A stretch of 64,000 nucleotides of DNA, from positions 57,876-121,875 of the IMG/VR virus record IMGVR_UViG_3300022879_000002; one strand, 5' to 3'. The position numbers and the translations under genes are program-made. Within the stretch, counting starts at the first letter, position 1, and each line of letters starts with the position of its first letter. This stretch comes from a virus. Shown here piece after piece: positions 1 through 8,973 of this stretch. The notes under the pieces are model-generated. The model was not told the DNA's origin and made no database searches. It saw only the letters and a list, made by a program, of their open reading frames with translations.

Positions 1-177
1 TGGCTATCTTTGTGTAAGTGAGCATTCACCAACCTGAACATAATTAAATCCCTAACTTCTTTCTTTTGTTGGAGTGTAGAAAAAGTAATCATATTAGCTA
101 TCTTGGTTGCAAAATCTTCATAATAATTAAGATTGTTCATTATTATCTTCTCTCCTTTCATAAAATGAACATATTAA

Positions 178-405
178 TTAATCTTCATTGTGTATAACAT
201 ATTCTTCTTGGTGAAAGTCATACTCTTCTTCATCGTCATACTCAACCTCTATATCTTCAATCACTACATTCTGATCATCTACATCCCATTGTTTAACACC
301 TTCAATATTAAATAGTTCATGTTCAACAGCATCCAATGCGTTATTGGCGTTAATGTCTTCTTCGTTATAAATAACAGACATTGTAAATGTGATCTTCTTC
401 ATCAT
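178..405 (-). CDS. hypothetical acidic phage protein
   Basis: 75-aa ORF with purine-rich RBS (AAGGGG) upstream; very acidic C-terminus. Confidence 0.6.
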   Translation of the reverse strand: MMKKITFTMSVIYNEEDINANNALDAVEHELFNIEGVKQWDVDDQNVVIEDIEVEYDDEEEYDFHQEEYVIHNED

Positions 406-473
406 ATGTATAACTTGCCCCTTTTTTCTTTTTAGTTATATGTATTTTTATAATATTCAGTTTTTATGTAAAT

Positions 474-959
474 CTACTTTACCTCTCTAAACCATTGTGG
501 ATTCAACATGATATGTATAGCCTTCATTAACATTGGTGTATCAAAATAACCAAAATGACATTGATTCTGTTCGATTCCTAATAAGATGGACATTCTTCGA
601 TAAGCCTCGCTACGTCCTAATAATTTCTTCTTCCACACAATATCAAATAGATCGTGACAAGCAGTTTTTAGTACTTTCATTTCTTTAGTTGCTAATACCC
701 CTAATGGCTTACCATTATCATGACAGCCTACACTTGCTTGGCAGTTCCTACATAAATAGCATTTACCATTACCATATTCTTTCCCATAAATTTCTTTATT
801 TGAAGTAAATACGACTACTTGATTACAGTAAGGACATTGTTTTGGTGCTTCCAATATAATTACTCCTCCCTTTCGATAATATCTATCTTTTATGTAATTT
901 TTAAAATAGATTCCAATTGATTTAAGTAGCGTTAAACTATTTCCTGACACTTTATACAT
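474..959 (-). CDS. zinc-finger protein (DUF3268-like); true start probably internal
   Basis: CPYC...CYLCRNCQASVGCH...PLG.LA...LK.ACH.LFD pattern typical of this phage family; internal RBS-like AAAGGGAGGAG suggests a start near 855. Confidence 0.7.
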   Translation of the reverse strand: MYKVSGNSLTLLKSIGIYFKNYIKDRYYRKGGVIILEAPKQCPYCNQVVVFTSNKEIYGKEYGNGKCYLCRNCQASVGCHDNGKPLGVLATKEMKVLKTACHDLFDIVWKKKLLGRSEAYRRMSILLGIEQNQCHFGYFDTPMLMKAIHIMLNPQWFREVK

Positions 960-1065
960 CTTAATCTTAAAACGCTCTGTAAATTATTTAATCATTGTTA
1001 TAAGAAACATCTAACTTTGATGTTTTGTTTGGTTGAATTGATACCCAAAAAGCCATACTTTTACT

Positions 1066-1160
1066 TAATCGTAATTCATGCAAGGTTTACGGACAGAAAT
1101 GCAACCTTTAGAGACTCAAATGCAAACTTCAAAGGACAAAAATGCAAGCTAACCTTGCAT
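1066..1160. repeat. iteron-like array, four ATGCAA-core repeats at 21-22 bp period
   Basis: ATGCAA at 1078, 1099, 1120 and 1142 with shared flanks (GGACAnAAATGCAA in copies 2 and 4); inverted TTGCAT at 1155. Confidence 0.7.
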
Positions 1161-1289
1161 AAATTACGGTGTATAAAGAACAATATACATAATATACATA
1201 AGATACAATAAGAACCAGTATATACGATTTCATTTTCTATCGAAAAGTGAGAATCGTAGTCCACCTTTTTCTCTCCCTTTACCCTTAGA

Positions 1290-1916
1290 TTAAATATTAG
1301 ATAAATTAACTCTATAGTGGTTATTAAATTTATCGAATTTATTCTCATCAAATGGATTATCAAAATGTACTTGATGTTTAGTTATACTTATTAACTTTTC
1401 CTTTTTTAGTTTGTTATTGTATCTGGTTAACGTTTTATCGCTTATATTTAAATCGTTTATGATCGTTTCATATGCAGGAAAACAGTAATCCTTCATGATA
1501 TCGTTTCTATTTATATATGACTCATAATAAAACACCAGTCTATATCCTAATAAACCAATCGTTTCAATATGAAGGTTTAAATTTAAGGGGATTTGCGTGA
1601 ACCAATCATCACGATATGGATGTAACAATTCTAACTTTAATTTCTTTCTAATAGGAAAATCACTTATTTCGTTTTTAATCATTTTTTGCTCATATAAATT
1701 TTTAAAACAATTCTTCAATGTCCTATTATCGTTAATGCCCAGTGCATTTTTAATTGAAACATGATCAACTTCCAATACGGTATTATTTTTATCGTGCATT
1801 CTGAATTTCTTGTATAGTAAATATACGTATACTGCAAAAGACTTCTCATCAATATTGAATCCTATATTTCTTACAATTTCTGTTGGCACTTGTAACCATA
1901 CCTTAGTTTCTCTCAT
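1290..1916 (-). CDS. double winged-helix DNA-binding protein, replication-initiator-like
   Basis: two wHTH-like segments (IKNALGINDNRTLKNCFKNL; CFPAYETIINDLNISDKTLTRYNNKLKKEKLI); transcribed toward the iteron-like array. Confidence 0.6.
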   Translation of the reverse strand: MRETKVWLQVPTEIVRNIGFNIDEKSFAVYVYLLYKKFRMHDKNNTVLEVDHVSIKNALGINDNRTLKNCFKNLYEQKMIKNEISDFPIRKKLKLELLHPYRDDWFTQIPLNLNLHIETIGLLGYRLVFYYESYINRNDIMKDYCFPAYETIINDLNISDKTLTRYNNKLKKEKLISITKHQVHFDNPFDENKFDKFNNHYRVNLSNI

Positions 1917-2005
1917 TATAATTCAACCTTTATGTATATTATTAACCAAATCCCTCACTAACAAAATTATTCCCTTTGATATATTTTAATAAAATTAAGA
2001 AATAG

Positions 2006-2365
2006 TTACTCCTTTAGATGTTTTATGATCTCCCAAATATCTCTTAAACGTTTAACTGACTCTTCATTTGAAACAATCAATTCTTTATAAAATTCTTCTA
2101 ATTCAGGATTGTTATTAGATACTTGAAAAGAATTAGCACCTTTTTCTACTTGGGAAAGATGAGTAGGTTCAGTTGTGTTACCAAGTAAATAATCAACTGA
2201 TACATTGAAAAAACTCGCCATCTCTTTTAGTAATTTAAAATCAGGTTCTCTTTTTCCTGTTTCATATTTGGATAATGCCGAATAAGTAATGCTCAATGAA
2301 TTAGCTAAATGCTCTCGACTAATATCTTCTTGTTCTCTTAGCTTTTTTAATTGTTTATGAAACAA
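2006..2365 (-). CDS. XRE-family HTH transcriptional regulator
   Basis: LKKLREQEDISREHLANSLSITYSALSKYETGKREPD; TTG start with AGGGGA RBS. Confidence 0.9.
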   Translation of the reverse strand: MFHKQLKKLREQEDISREHLANSLSITYSALSKYETGKREPDFKLLKEMASFFNVSVDYLLGNTTEPTHLSQVEKGANSFQVSNNNPELEEFYKELIVSNEESVKRLRDIWEIIKHLKE

Positions 2366-2408
2366 ATTAATCCCCTCTTTCGATAATAGATGTGTTTTAT
2401 GTAGTAAC

Positions 2409-2645
2409 TCATTCTTTATCCATCAAAATACCATTTACAAAATGCACATCTTCTTTATCATCAATAAGATTATCTAAAGGAACACTACGCATATAATCCA
2501 TATAATGTTCTATAGCACAATCTTGATTACAAAAATATAACCCTAATTCTTGACTGTGCTCAATTTGAGTTTTATCTGTAAGCACCCTATTACATGTACT
2601 GGAAGAACATCTAACCTTTCCATCCATACTATTCATCCTGATCAC
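2409..2645 (-). CDS. hypothetical protein with CxxxxC/CxxxC Zn-binding motif
   Basis: CSSSTC...FCNQDC; RBS AGAGGTG. Confidence 0.6.
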   Translation of the reverse strand: MIRMNSMDGKVRCSSSTCNRVLTDKTQIEHSQELGLYFCNQDCAIEHYMDYMRSVPLDNLIDDKEDVHFVNGILMDKE

Positions 2646-2672
2646 CTCTATTTAATAATAGTTCTATTTCAT

Positions 2673-3386
2673 TTAAAGCTTAATTGTATATTCTTTAGGA
2701 ATACTAAACGATGTGAATTCATGATCTAAGTTATAATGATTTATTATTAGATGTAAAATATCGCTAAATGCCTCCAATGATATATAAACAGCTTCAGAAT
2801 TATCGTATTCCTCATTCTTTCTTATGATCTCTGTCATATTAATAAATTTTGATATTAAGTCATTACTATGAACCTCTCCGCTGTATTTCATATAGTAATA
2901 ACCATATATGTCTTCATTATACTTTTTAAATAATTTAGATATAGAATTTACTCCATCTACTCCGTACCATTTATATTTATCTTTAGAAGTAAATTTCTTA
3001 TTCTTGTATTTTAACTTTATTTCTTTGATTTCATCAGGTGAGTAAATTGGTATGACATCTGGATATAGATTACTTGTCTTTTCATATATGTCTACTTTTA
3101 ATTTAAAGTTTGACAACATGAAATCTCTAGCTCTATTTAAAGAATCTTTTTCCAAAATAAACTTTAGATAAATTAATTTTTCTAATATATTTCTGCATAA
3201 GCTATCAGTACCATGATATTTCTTATTATTAACTAACAGAAACAATGAGTCTAATTCATAAAAAGCATTACTTGACAGAAACACTAAAGATTGGTCTAAG
3301 TCTGATAATTTTTTATTTTCTAACGCAAGCTCATATATTTTATAGTGAACTGCTCTTAAATCTTCTATTATTATTTTGATATCCAC
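2673..3386 (-). CDS. hypothetical protein, DUF5677-like (possible moron)
   Basis: 237-aa ORF; RNILEKLIYLKFI and Y.KYSGEVHS motifs resemble DUF5677/HEPN-like proteins. Confidence 0.5.
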   Translation of the reverse strand: MDIKIIIEDLRAVHYKIYELALENKKLSDLDQSLVFLSSNAFYELDSLFLLVNNKKYHGTDSLCRNILEKLIYLKFILEKDSLNRARDFMLSNFKLKVDIYEKTSNLYPDVIPIYSPDEIKEIKLKYKNKKFTSKDKYKWYGVDGVNSISKLFKKYNEDIYGYYYMKYSGEVHSNDLISKFINMTEIIRKNEEYDNSEAVYISLEAFSDILHLIINHYNLDHEFTSFSIPKEYTIKL

Positions 3387-3443
3387 TAAACTACCATCTT
3401 TCTTTTTTTTAATAATAACTTCCTTTTATATAAAAATTCTATC

Positions 3444-3758
3444 CTAATTTAGTATTGCTTTATATGCATATAAATTGTATTTTCCACAATCTTGTTGTAA
3501 TACATCGTCTGATACAGGATGAATCTGTCTATACTCAATATGTTCAAAAAAGTCATCCTTCTTTAAGTCTAATCTCATAAATATGGATTTTAATGCAAGT
3601 TGTCTTGATTGTGTAGAATTAAAATAACTGGATGCTTTTATATCCTTTTCAATTTTCCTTAGTAAATTTTTAATATCTTGATGAGTAAACCCTAAGATTT
3701 CTGCATTCGGTGCTACTCTTGGATAATCATTATATAGTTTGCTCTCTGAATTTTTCAT
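3444..3758 (-). CDS. hypothetical protein
   Basis: 104-aa ORF with AGGGGA RBS. Confidence 0.6.
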   Translation of the reverse strand: MKNSESKLYNDYPRVAPNAEILGFTHQDIKNLLRKIEKDIKASSYFNSTQSRQLALKSIFMRLDLKKDDFFEHIEYRQIHPVSDDVLQQDCGKYNLYAYKAILN

Positions 3759-3794
3759 TACATATCCCCTATATCTTAAATTTTTTTATTGAAT

Positions 3795-4098
3795 TTACTT
3801 CAACAACTTTTCAATTTTTAAAATAATTGAGTCCAATTTTATTTTACTTTCTTTCAAATTATCCTTGATGATTCTTAACTCATCTTTTGAAAATAATTCG
3901 ATATTAGAAGACCTAATAAAAAAATCTACACTGACATTAAGTTTAGTTGATATTAGTAAAAGCATTTCAATTGAAGGAGTACTGTGTCCATTTTCATAAT
4001 TACTAATAGTTACTTTAGTTGTCATTACTAGATCAGCTAATTCTTCTTGTGTATACATTTTATTCTTACGAGCTGTTTTTAATCTTTTTTTGAAACAT
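3795..4098 (-). pseudogene. XRE-family HTH regulator with a +1 frameshift in an A7 run near the 5' end
   Basis: RBS AGGTGA then ATG at 4098; removing one base from the T7 run (4085-4091) gives MFQKRLKTARKNKMYTQEELADL..., restoring HTH helix 1; otherwise stops after 10 codons. Confidence 0.7.
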
Positions 4099-4132
4099 GA
4101 GTCACCTTTTTATAATTAGTCATCAGTTTAAT

Positions 4133-4354
4133 TTATTCAAATGAAGGAGTATCGAAGAACTCGCTTAATGTTATTCCACATCCATTACAATAAGCCTTAA
4201 CTGTACTTACTTTTGGATGCTTAGAGCGCCCATTCATAACTTCCGAGATAGTAGATTGTTTTATACCTCCTTTCCTCGCAATTTCTGTAACTGTCTTATC
4301 ACGTTCTTCAGCTAGCTGAATCATACGCATAGTTATCGCTTGATGAATATCCAT
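4133..4354 (-). CDS. XRE/Cro-like HTH regulator
   Basis: VTEIARKGGIKQSTISEVMNGRSKHPKVSTV. Confidence 0.85.
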   Translation of the reverse strand: MDIHQAITMRMIQLAEERDKTVTEIARKGGIKQSTISEVMNGRSKHPKVSTVKAYCNGCGITLSEFFDTPSFE

Positions 4355-4432
4355 ATGTACATTACTCCATTCATTATAATAAAAGACTTCTAATATCTAA
4401 TTATCATGCAATATGTAGTAACTAAGCACTAA

Positions 4433-4687
4433 CTAAGATACTAGTTCTGTAAGAAGCTCATCGATGTCATCATGATGGTATGGAGCTACGTCTTTTAGCT
4501 TCACTAGGAAATTTTCCATTTTCGATGGATCAACACAAGTAAATTCAACTTCTTTTTCTTCTGTAACTACATTTAATTCTACTCTGTTTGGCTTTTGAAC
4601 TATATCAAACGCGAGTAAAAATTGAGCTTCATTTAATGTAGTGGAAATCACCTGTAGTGCTTCTTTTATTTGAACATTTGCTTTCAT
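4433..4687 (-). CDS. hypothetical protein
   Basis: 84-aa ORF with AGGAGG RBS. Confidence 0.7.
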   Translation of the reverse strand: MKANVQIKEALQVISTTLNEAQFLLAFDIVQKPNRVELNVVTEEKEVEFTCVDPSKMENFLVKLKDVAPYHHDDIDELLTELVS

Positions 4688-4738
4688 AATTATATTCCTC
4701 CTAAGTTTTATAAAATGCTGATATTACTTAATGTTCAT

Positions 4739-5293
4739 TTATTCCTCAAAATTATCCCAGTAAACACCATTAATATAAGTTCCAACGTTATAACCAAGGT
4801 AATCTTCGACTAGTCTTCCAAAAGAATGATTAACATTGAATAAGTCCATTATTGCCTTTTGTTTATCGTTCAGTTTAAGATTTATTGACATGGTGACACC
4901 TAGTTCTCCTATCGTTGCATCTTCTTCTTTCATTTCTGCTAAGACTTCTTCCTCACTTTTAAAATCATCAATGATATAGTAAATATCAATACTGTCAATC
5001 TTTAAGAAAGAGTTTTCAACTTCATTTCCAATTGTATCACCTACGATTTTCTCTAATAGTTCATATTGTGTTGTATTCTTTATTTGTATTTGTAAATGAG
5101 TTAGTAAGTATTTTAAGACGTAATTCATAATCGAATTGAAATCTTTTTCTACATGTCCTTCTTCTATCATAAATACGATTTCTTGCGTTATATCACTGTG
5201 GAATTCATTTAGTATGTATTTGTGCATTGGATGTGTAATATCTTCTAATACATTTTCCCAAATAACCATGTTTTCTTCATAAGTTTTCATCAT
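4739..5293 (-). CDS. hypothetical acidic protein (start reassigned to MMKTYEE)
   Basis: RBS AGAAGGAA upstream of ATGATG at 5293/5290; the longer call overlaps the next gene. Confidence 0.65.
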   Translation of the reverse strand: MMKTYEENMVIWENVLEDITHPMHKYILNEFHSDITQEIVFMIEEGHVEKDFNSIMNYVLKYLLTHLQIQIKNTTQYELLEKIVGDTIGNEVENSFLKIDSIDIYYIIDDFKSEEEVLAEMKEEDATIGELGVTMSINLKLNDKQKAIMDLFNVNHSFGRLVEDYLGYNVGTYINGVYWDNFEE

Positions 5294-5310
5294 ATATTCC
5301 TTCTTTCTTT

Positions 5311-5616
5311 TTATATTCCATAATCTCCAGATTCTACAATAGTTTGTTCGCCATGCCATTCTTTTAAAAATTCTTGATATGCTATAAAGTTTTTGATATC
5401 AAATTCAAAATTTTCAATATCTGGATATAACTTTCGTATTTCTATTATTTCATTCCAAATTAAATCAGTTAATTTAGATACTAATCTATGCTTAATCTTA
5501 ATAGAAAACATATCTTTTAATAATTTCAAGGATACCCTATCTAGATAAAGAAAAGAATCTAGTGATCGTTCGATATAATATTTGTTAGTTGAAGCTGTCA
5601 CATCCATCTTAATCAC
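5311..5616 (-). CDS. hypothetical protein
   Basis: 101-aa ORF with RBS AAGGGTG. Confidence 0.6.
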   Translation of the reverse strand: MIKMDVTASTNKYYIERSLDSFLYLDRVSLKLLKDMFSIKIKHRLVSKLTDLIWNEIIEIRKLYPDIENFEFDIKNFIAYQEFLKEWHGEQTIVESGDYGI

Positions 5617-5727
5617 CCTTTATCTATTATTTTAATTTTACTTGATGCTCAAATGGTATACAACTTCCAACTACAAATATTAATTTGTACTTATAATTAG
5701 TTGCTGCCTCCATTTAATCTTAACCTG

Positions 5728-5773
5728 ATATTACCATACACTCAAAATTAAAGTCAAACACATTTATGTATTT
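5728..5773 (-). promoter_or_regulatory. sigmaA-like promoter with upstream AAATACATA box
   Basis: minus strand: AAATACATA (5773-5765), 7 nt, TTGACT (5757-5752), 18 nt, TGnTAATAT. Confidence 0.6.
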
Positions 5774-6049
5774 TTATATTTAATTTTAAAGTAGTTAAAG
5801 TAAATCAAAAATTCTATACGATTGAAATTTCAAAATCATACAATTAATAAATCAAGATTTTGTCTATCTCTATATTCGCATTAAAAATTCTACATATTCT
5901 AATTTTCTAAATGTAAAATTCTACGATTTTGATTTTTTAATTCTACAGTTTTGATTTTTCAAATACTGCTATCTTGCATGTCTAACTAAGAATTGGTTCA
6001 CATCGATCAAACAGCTATTGTAATTTAATAAAGAATATTATTTATATAT

Positions 6050-6376
6050 TTAGTTAGCTAACAACTTCATATATCCCTTTTGCAGCTCTTTCATTTGATC
6101 CTTATAGTAATCAACTTCTTCTTTTGTATAGCTTGGCGTAAATAACGCAGGAACATCAACTTCTATATCTGAGTTATTTACTGAGATTTCATAACGAGCA
6201 AAATCATATTTATCCACTAATTCGAACCTATATTCATTATTTATATTGTTAATGCATTCTTCTCTAACTTCTTCACTCATTTGTAACAGTGAATTGTACA
6301 CTTCATATTTATTGTAACTAACTCCATTATTACAATCCGCAGCATTATTAACAACTAATTTTAATTGATTCATCAT
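6050..6376 (-). CDS. hypothetical protein (start MMNQLK)
   Basis: AAGGGGA RBS upstream of internal ATGATG. Confidence 0.6.
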   Translation of the reverse strand: MMNQLKLVVNNAADCNNGVSYNKYEVYNSLLQMSEEVREECINNINNEYRFELVDKYDFARYEISVNNSDIEVDVPALFTPSYTKEEVDYYKDQMKELQKGYMKLLAN

Positions 6377-6946
6377 TTTTATATCCCCTTTATTTTTTAA
6401 GTATTTATTCATATAAATTATATCACAACAACTTAACTTGTTTCTTTGTAAGATTAGCTCATTTCAATATCAATATTCCAATTTTCAATAAATAATTACA
6501 TTATTATGTATTTTATATTTTAGTTAACATAAGAATAATCGAGTTAAAATAGCGTTAACCATACTCTAAGTAGATGATTGGAACTTTGATTAAAATGTAT
6601 CTTACTTGTAAGCTATAAGTAAATTATACATAAGATACTAGTAAGATACAATAGTTTTTTAAATTTATTTTTGTATATTTTGGAAGTATTAATTATTCTT
6701 GTCTACTCCCTTCTTATTTATTCACATGTATTTTAAATAGTTCAATTTTACTTTTGATACTTCCCCTCTAAATTAGTTACAAAAGGATTTAGGGTGATCT
6801 TGCAATGTGATCTCTTGAGAAGTTTAAAAAGACCAATCATTTTTAGCAGCTAACTAATTCGAATAAATTGCTTTTAATAGGAAGAAACTAAATTTCATAA
6901 GAAAATAATCATTGTGGAATTAGATAGCCTTATATTTTATTTATAT

Positions 6947-6991
6947 AAATACATAAATAGTGTTGACTAAGATATTTTTAAGTGATAAGAT
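6947..6991 (+). promoter_or_regulatory. sigmaA-like promoter with upstream AAATACATA box
   Basis: AAATACATA 6947-6955, 7 nt, TTGACT 6963-6968, 17 nt, TGnTAAGAT 6986-6991. Confidence 0.7.
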
Positions 6992-7043
6992 AAACTCAAG
7001 TTAAACAAATAAATACATAGACAAACTTTAGGAGGAATTAAAA

Positions 7044-7501
7044 ATGAAACTACAAAATAAAATCAGCGCTCTATCTAATATGACAGCTAAGGAGTTACAA
7101 GTAGAAACAAACAAAGAAGGTTTAGCATGGTACAACCGTGAGAAAAACGTAAAATGCGTAAAGGCGAGATTCTTACAATGTTAACTGAGTACTATACAAT
7201 CTTATTTGGACAGGAACAAAACTTAGAATTAGAAATCGAAAATTCGACAACTGCTCAATTGGTCAAGTATTTTAAAGAACTAGCTTCCAATGCAGTAACT
7301 ACAGCTAAAGAAGATTACGATCAAGCAACGCAACAATTAAGTACTGTTAAAGAACTACTATCACACGCATTTGTAAAGCTGCATGACAAGCTTACTGATA
7401 AGAAAAACAAGCTACTAGCTCGAAATTGGGCTTTAACAATAAATAACATTAAAGGTATTGTGACTACCGCAGAACGTAAAATTAACGCTGTAACTGCCTA
7501 A
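7044..7501 (+). pseudogene. hypothetical coiled-coil protein split by a -1 frameshift
   Basis: GGAGG RBS at 7031 with ATG at 7044 gives a 46-aa ORF; adding one A in the run at 7151-7154 joins it to the RBS-less 7154-7501 ORF (...REKNVK|MRKGEIL...). Confidence 0.65.
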
Positions 7502-7573
7502 ATAAAAACAGTATTTTATGAGAAAATAATTACTGTACGAAATGTTTTGGATTATAATATTAATAAAATCTAA

Positions 7574-8026
7574 GTGTTGAGAGGAAGTAATGTAATGGAA
7601 TATCCAGTTTTATTTTCATTTGAGTTTTTATTAAAAAATAATTTATTTATAAATGTGGAAACACATAGTGAAAGAAAAGTGATGAGCTATAACTACAATA
7701 ACAATACAATTAAAATAAATTTAGAAATGCTAGAAGAAATAAAAGATGGTTATTTATACTATTTAAGTGAGGATGAAATAATAACTGTTATGCTATGTCA
7801 TGAAATTGGACACTATTTAGAATTTAAGAATAACAAAGAACTACCAAGCCAATTTCAATACTATATGTTTGATAGCACTAGAGAAGAGTATATAGAATTT
7901 ATTCTCGAGCGTGAGAAAGTTGCTTGGGAAAATGGAAAGCAGTATGTTCCAAAAGATTTATTAGAAGAGTATGACAGAGTAAATGAACGCAACATTAATG
8001 ATTATATTTCATATTTCAACAGGTAA
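7574..8026 (+). CDS. putative Zn metallopeptidase-like protein (HExxH)
   Basis: MLCHEIGHYLE followed by a downstream E..AW motif. Confidence 0.6.
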   Translation: MLRGSNVMEYPVLFSFEFLLKNNLFINVETHSERKVMSYNYNNNTIKINLEMLEEIKDGYLYYLSEDEIITVMLCHEIGHYLEFKNNKELPSQFQYYMFDSTREEYIEFILEREKVAWENGKQYVPKDLLEEYDRVNERNINDYISYFNR

Positions 8027-8076
8027 CTAATTTAAATAAAAAGTAAATATTATCAAAAGATTGGAGTGCGTATGAA

Positions 8077-8271
8077 ATGCATCATACTGATGACGTGGCA
8101 ATAGATAGATTTGCGAAAGGTAATTTATTTGATTTTAATTTGGATGGATTCAACTACTATACAACTAAAACTGGTATACGGAAAAAGAAACACATGAATG
8201 AAAAAGCTGTCACTATAACTGAAAACGAATATATGTTAGCTTGGGAAAGATATGACTTCATTTTTAATTAA
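8077..8271 (+). CDS. hypothetical protein
   Basis: 64-aa ORF, GGAG RBS. Confidence 0.5.
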   Translation: MHHTDDVAIDRFAKGNLFDFNLDGFNYYTTKTGIRKKKHMNEKAVTITENEYMLAWERYDFIFN

Positions 8272-8292
8272 TGATTCTGGAAGGACTATAAC

Positions 8293-8565
8293 ATGACGTA
8301 TTCATTTAGAAAAGAATTAGACGACCAAGAAATGAGCGATACTATAAATGAATTATCAAATAAATTTGTAGGAATAATTTTTCAGGATGATAAATATCAC
8401 AAATTCATCATGAACGGTATTTCAATAATCACTAAAGGAAAAACTTATTATTGGTCACTTACTTATTCACCAATGAGCGACAATGGATTAGTTCATACTT
8501 TAGTAAAATACACTAGGCCAATTGACGATTTTATCAATGGCAAATTTAAGTATGAAAAATTATAA
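8293..8565 (+). CDS. hypothetical protein
   Basis: 90-aa ORF, AAGGA RBS. Confidence 0.55.
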   Translation: MTYSFRKELDDQEMSDTINELSNKFVGIIFQDDKYHKFIMNGISIITKGKTYYWSLTYSPMSDNGLVHTLVKYTRPIDDFINGKFKYEKL

Positions 8566-8620
8566 TAAATAATATAAATAAGTCCCCTACCCTATTCATA
8601 AGTGAGGTGAAAAGATCTTG

Positions 8621-8767
8621 ATGCATAAATGTATAGCTGCAATTGACAATTATTTCTGGTGTCCAGAAGATGATCCATATGACAAGGTATCCTTTTATAA
8701 AGTTACTTTATCTGTCAACGCTATATCTATTATAATGCTCCTAACTGTTCTTACGAAAATTAATTAA
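8621..8767 (+). CDS. small 48-aa protein with hydrophobic C-terminus (not in ORF track)
   Basis: GAGGTG RBS; MHKCIAAIDNYFWCPEDDPYDKVSFYKVTLSVNAISIIMLLTVLTKIN. Confidence 0.4.
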   Translation: MHKCIAAIDNYFWCPEDDPYDKVSFYKVTLSVNAISIIMLLTVLTKIN

Positions 8768-8769
8768 AT

Positions 8770-8813
8770 AAATACATAAAAACCATTGTATTTTATATGT
8801 AGTAGTGTATAAT
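8770..8813 (+). promoter_or_regulatory. sigmaA-like promoter with upstream AAATACATA box
   Basis: AAATACATA 8770-8778, 7 nt, TTGTAT 8786-8791, TATAAT 8808-8813. Confidence 0.65.
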
Positions 8814-8973
8814 AAGAATTAAGAATAGGAATTATTAAAATTTAATCAGAGTAAATAAGTCAGTAACAACTTCATACATTGTTTATTGTGATTAAATTTT
8901 AAGTATGGAATTCTTAAATAATATATGCTTTTTATCCAAAGATTTAAATTAAATAAATACATAATATTAAAAG

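Noticed and set aside
1017-1363. ORFs 1017-1211 (+) and 1076-1363 (-)
   Set aside because: They overlap the iteron-like array and each other and lack convincing RBSs; better explained as non-coding
5809-5960. CRISPR array or Cas12a-like repeat (AATTCTAC resembles AATTTCTAC)
   Set aside because: Irregular spacing, no constant full-length repeat, no repeat hairpin and no cas genes
7141-7156. Programmed -1 ribosomal frameshift
   Set aside because: G-AAA-AAC is not a canonical X-XXY-YYZ heptamer and no downstream stimulatory structure is evident; kept as a frameshift lesion
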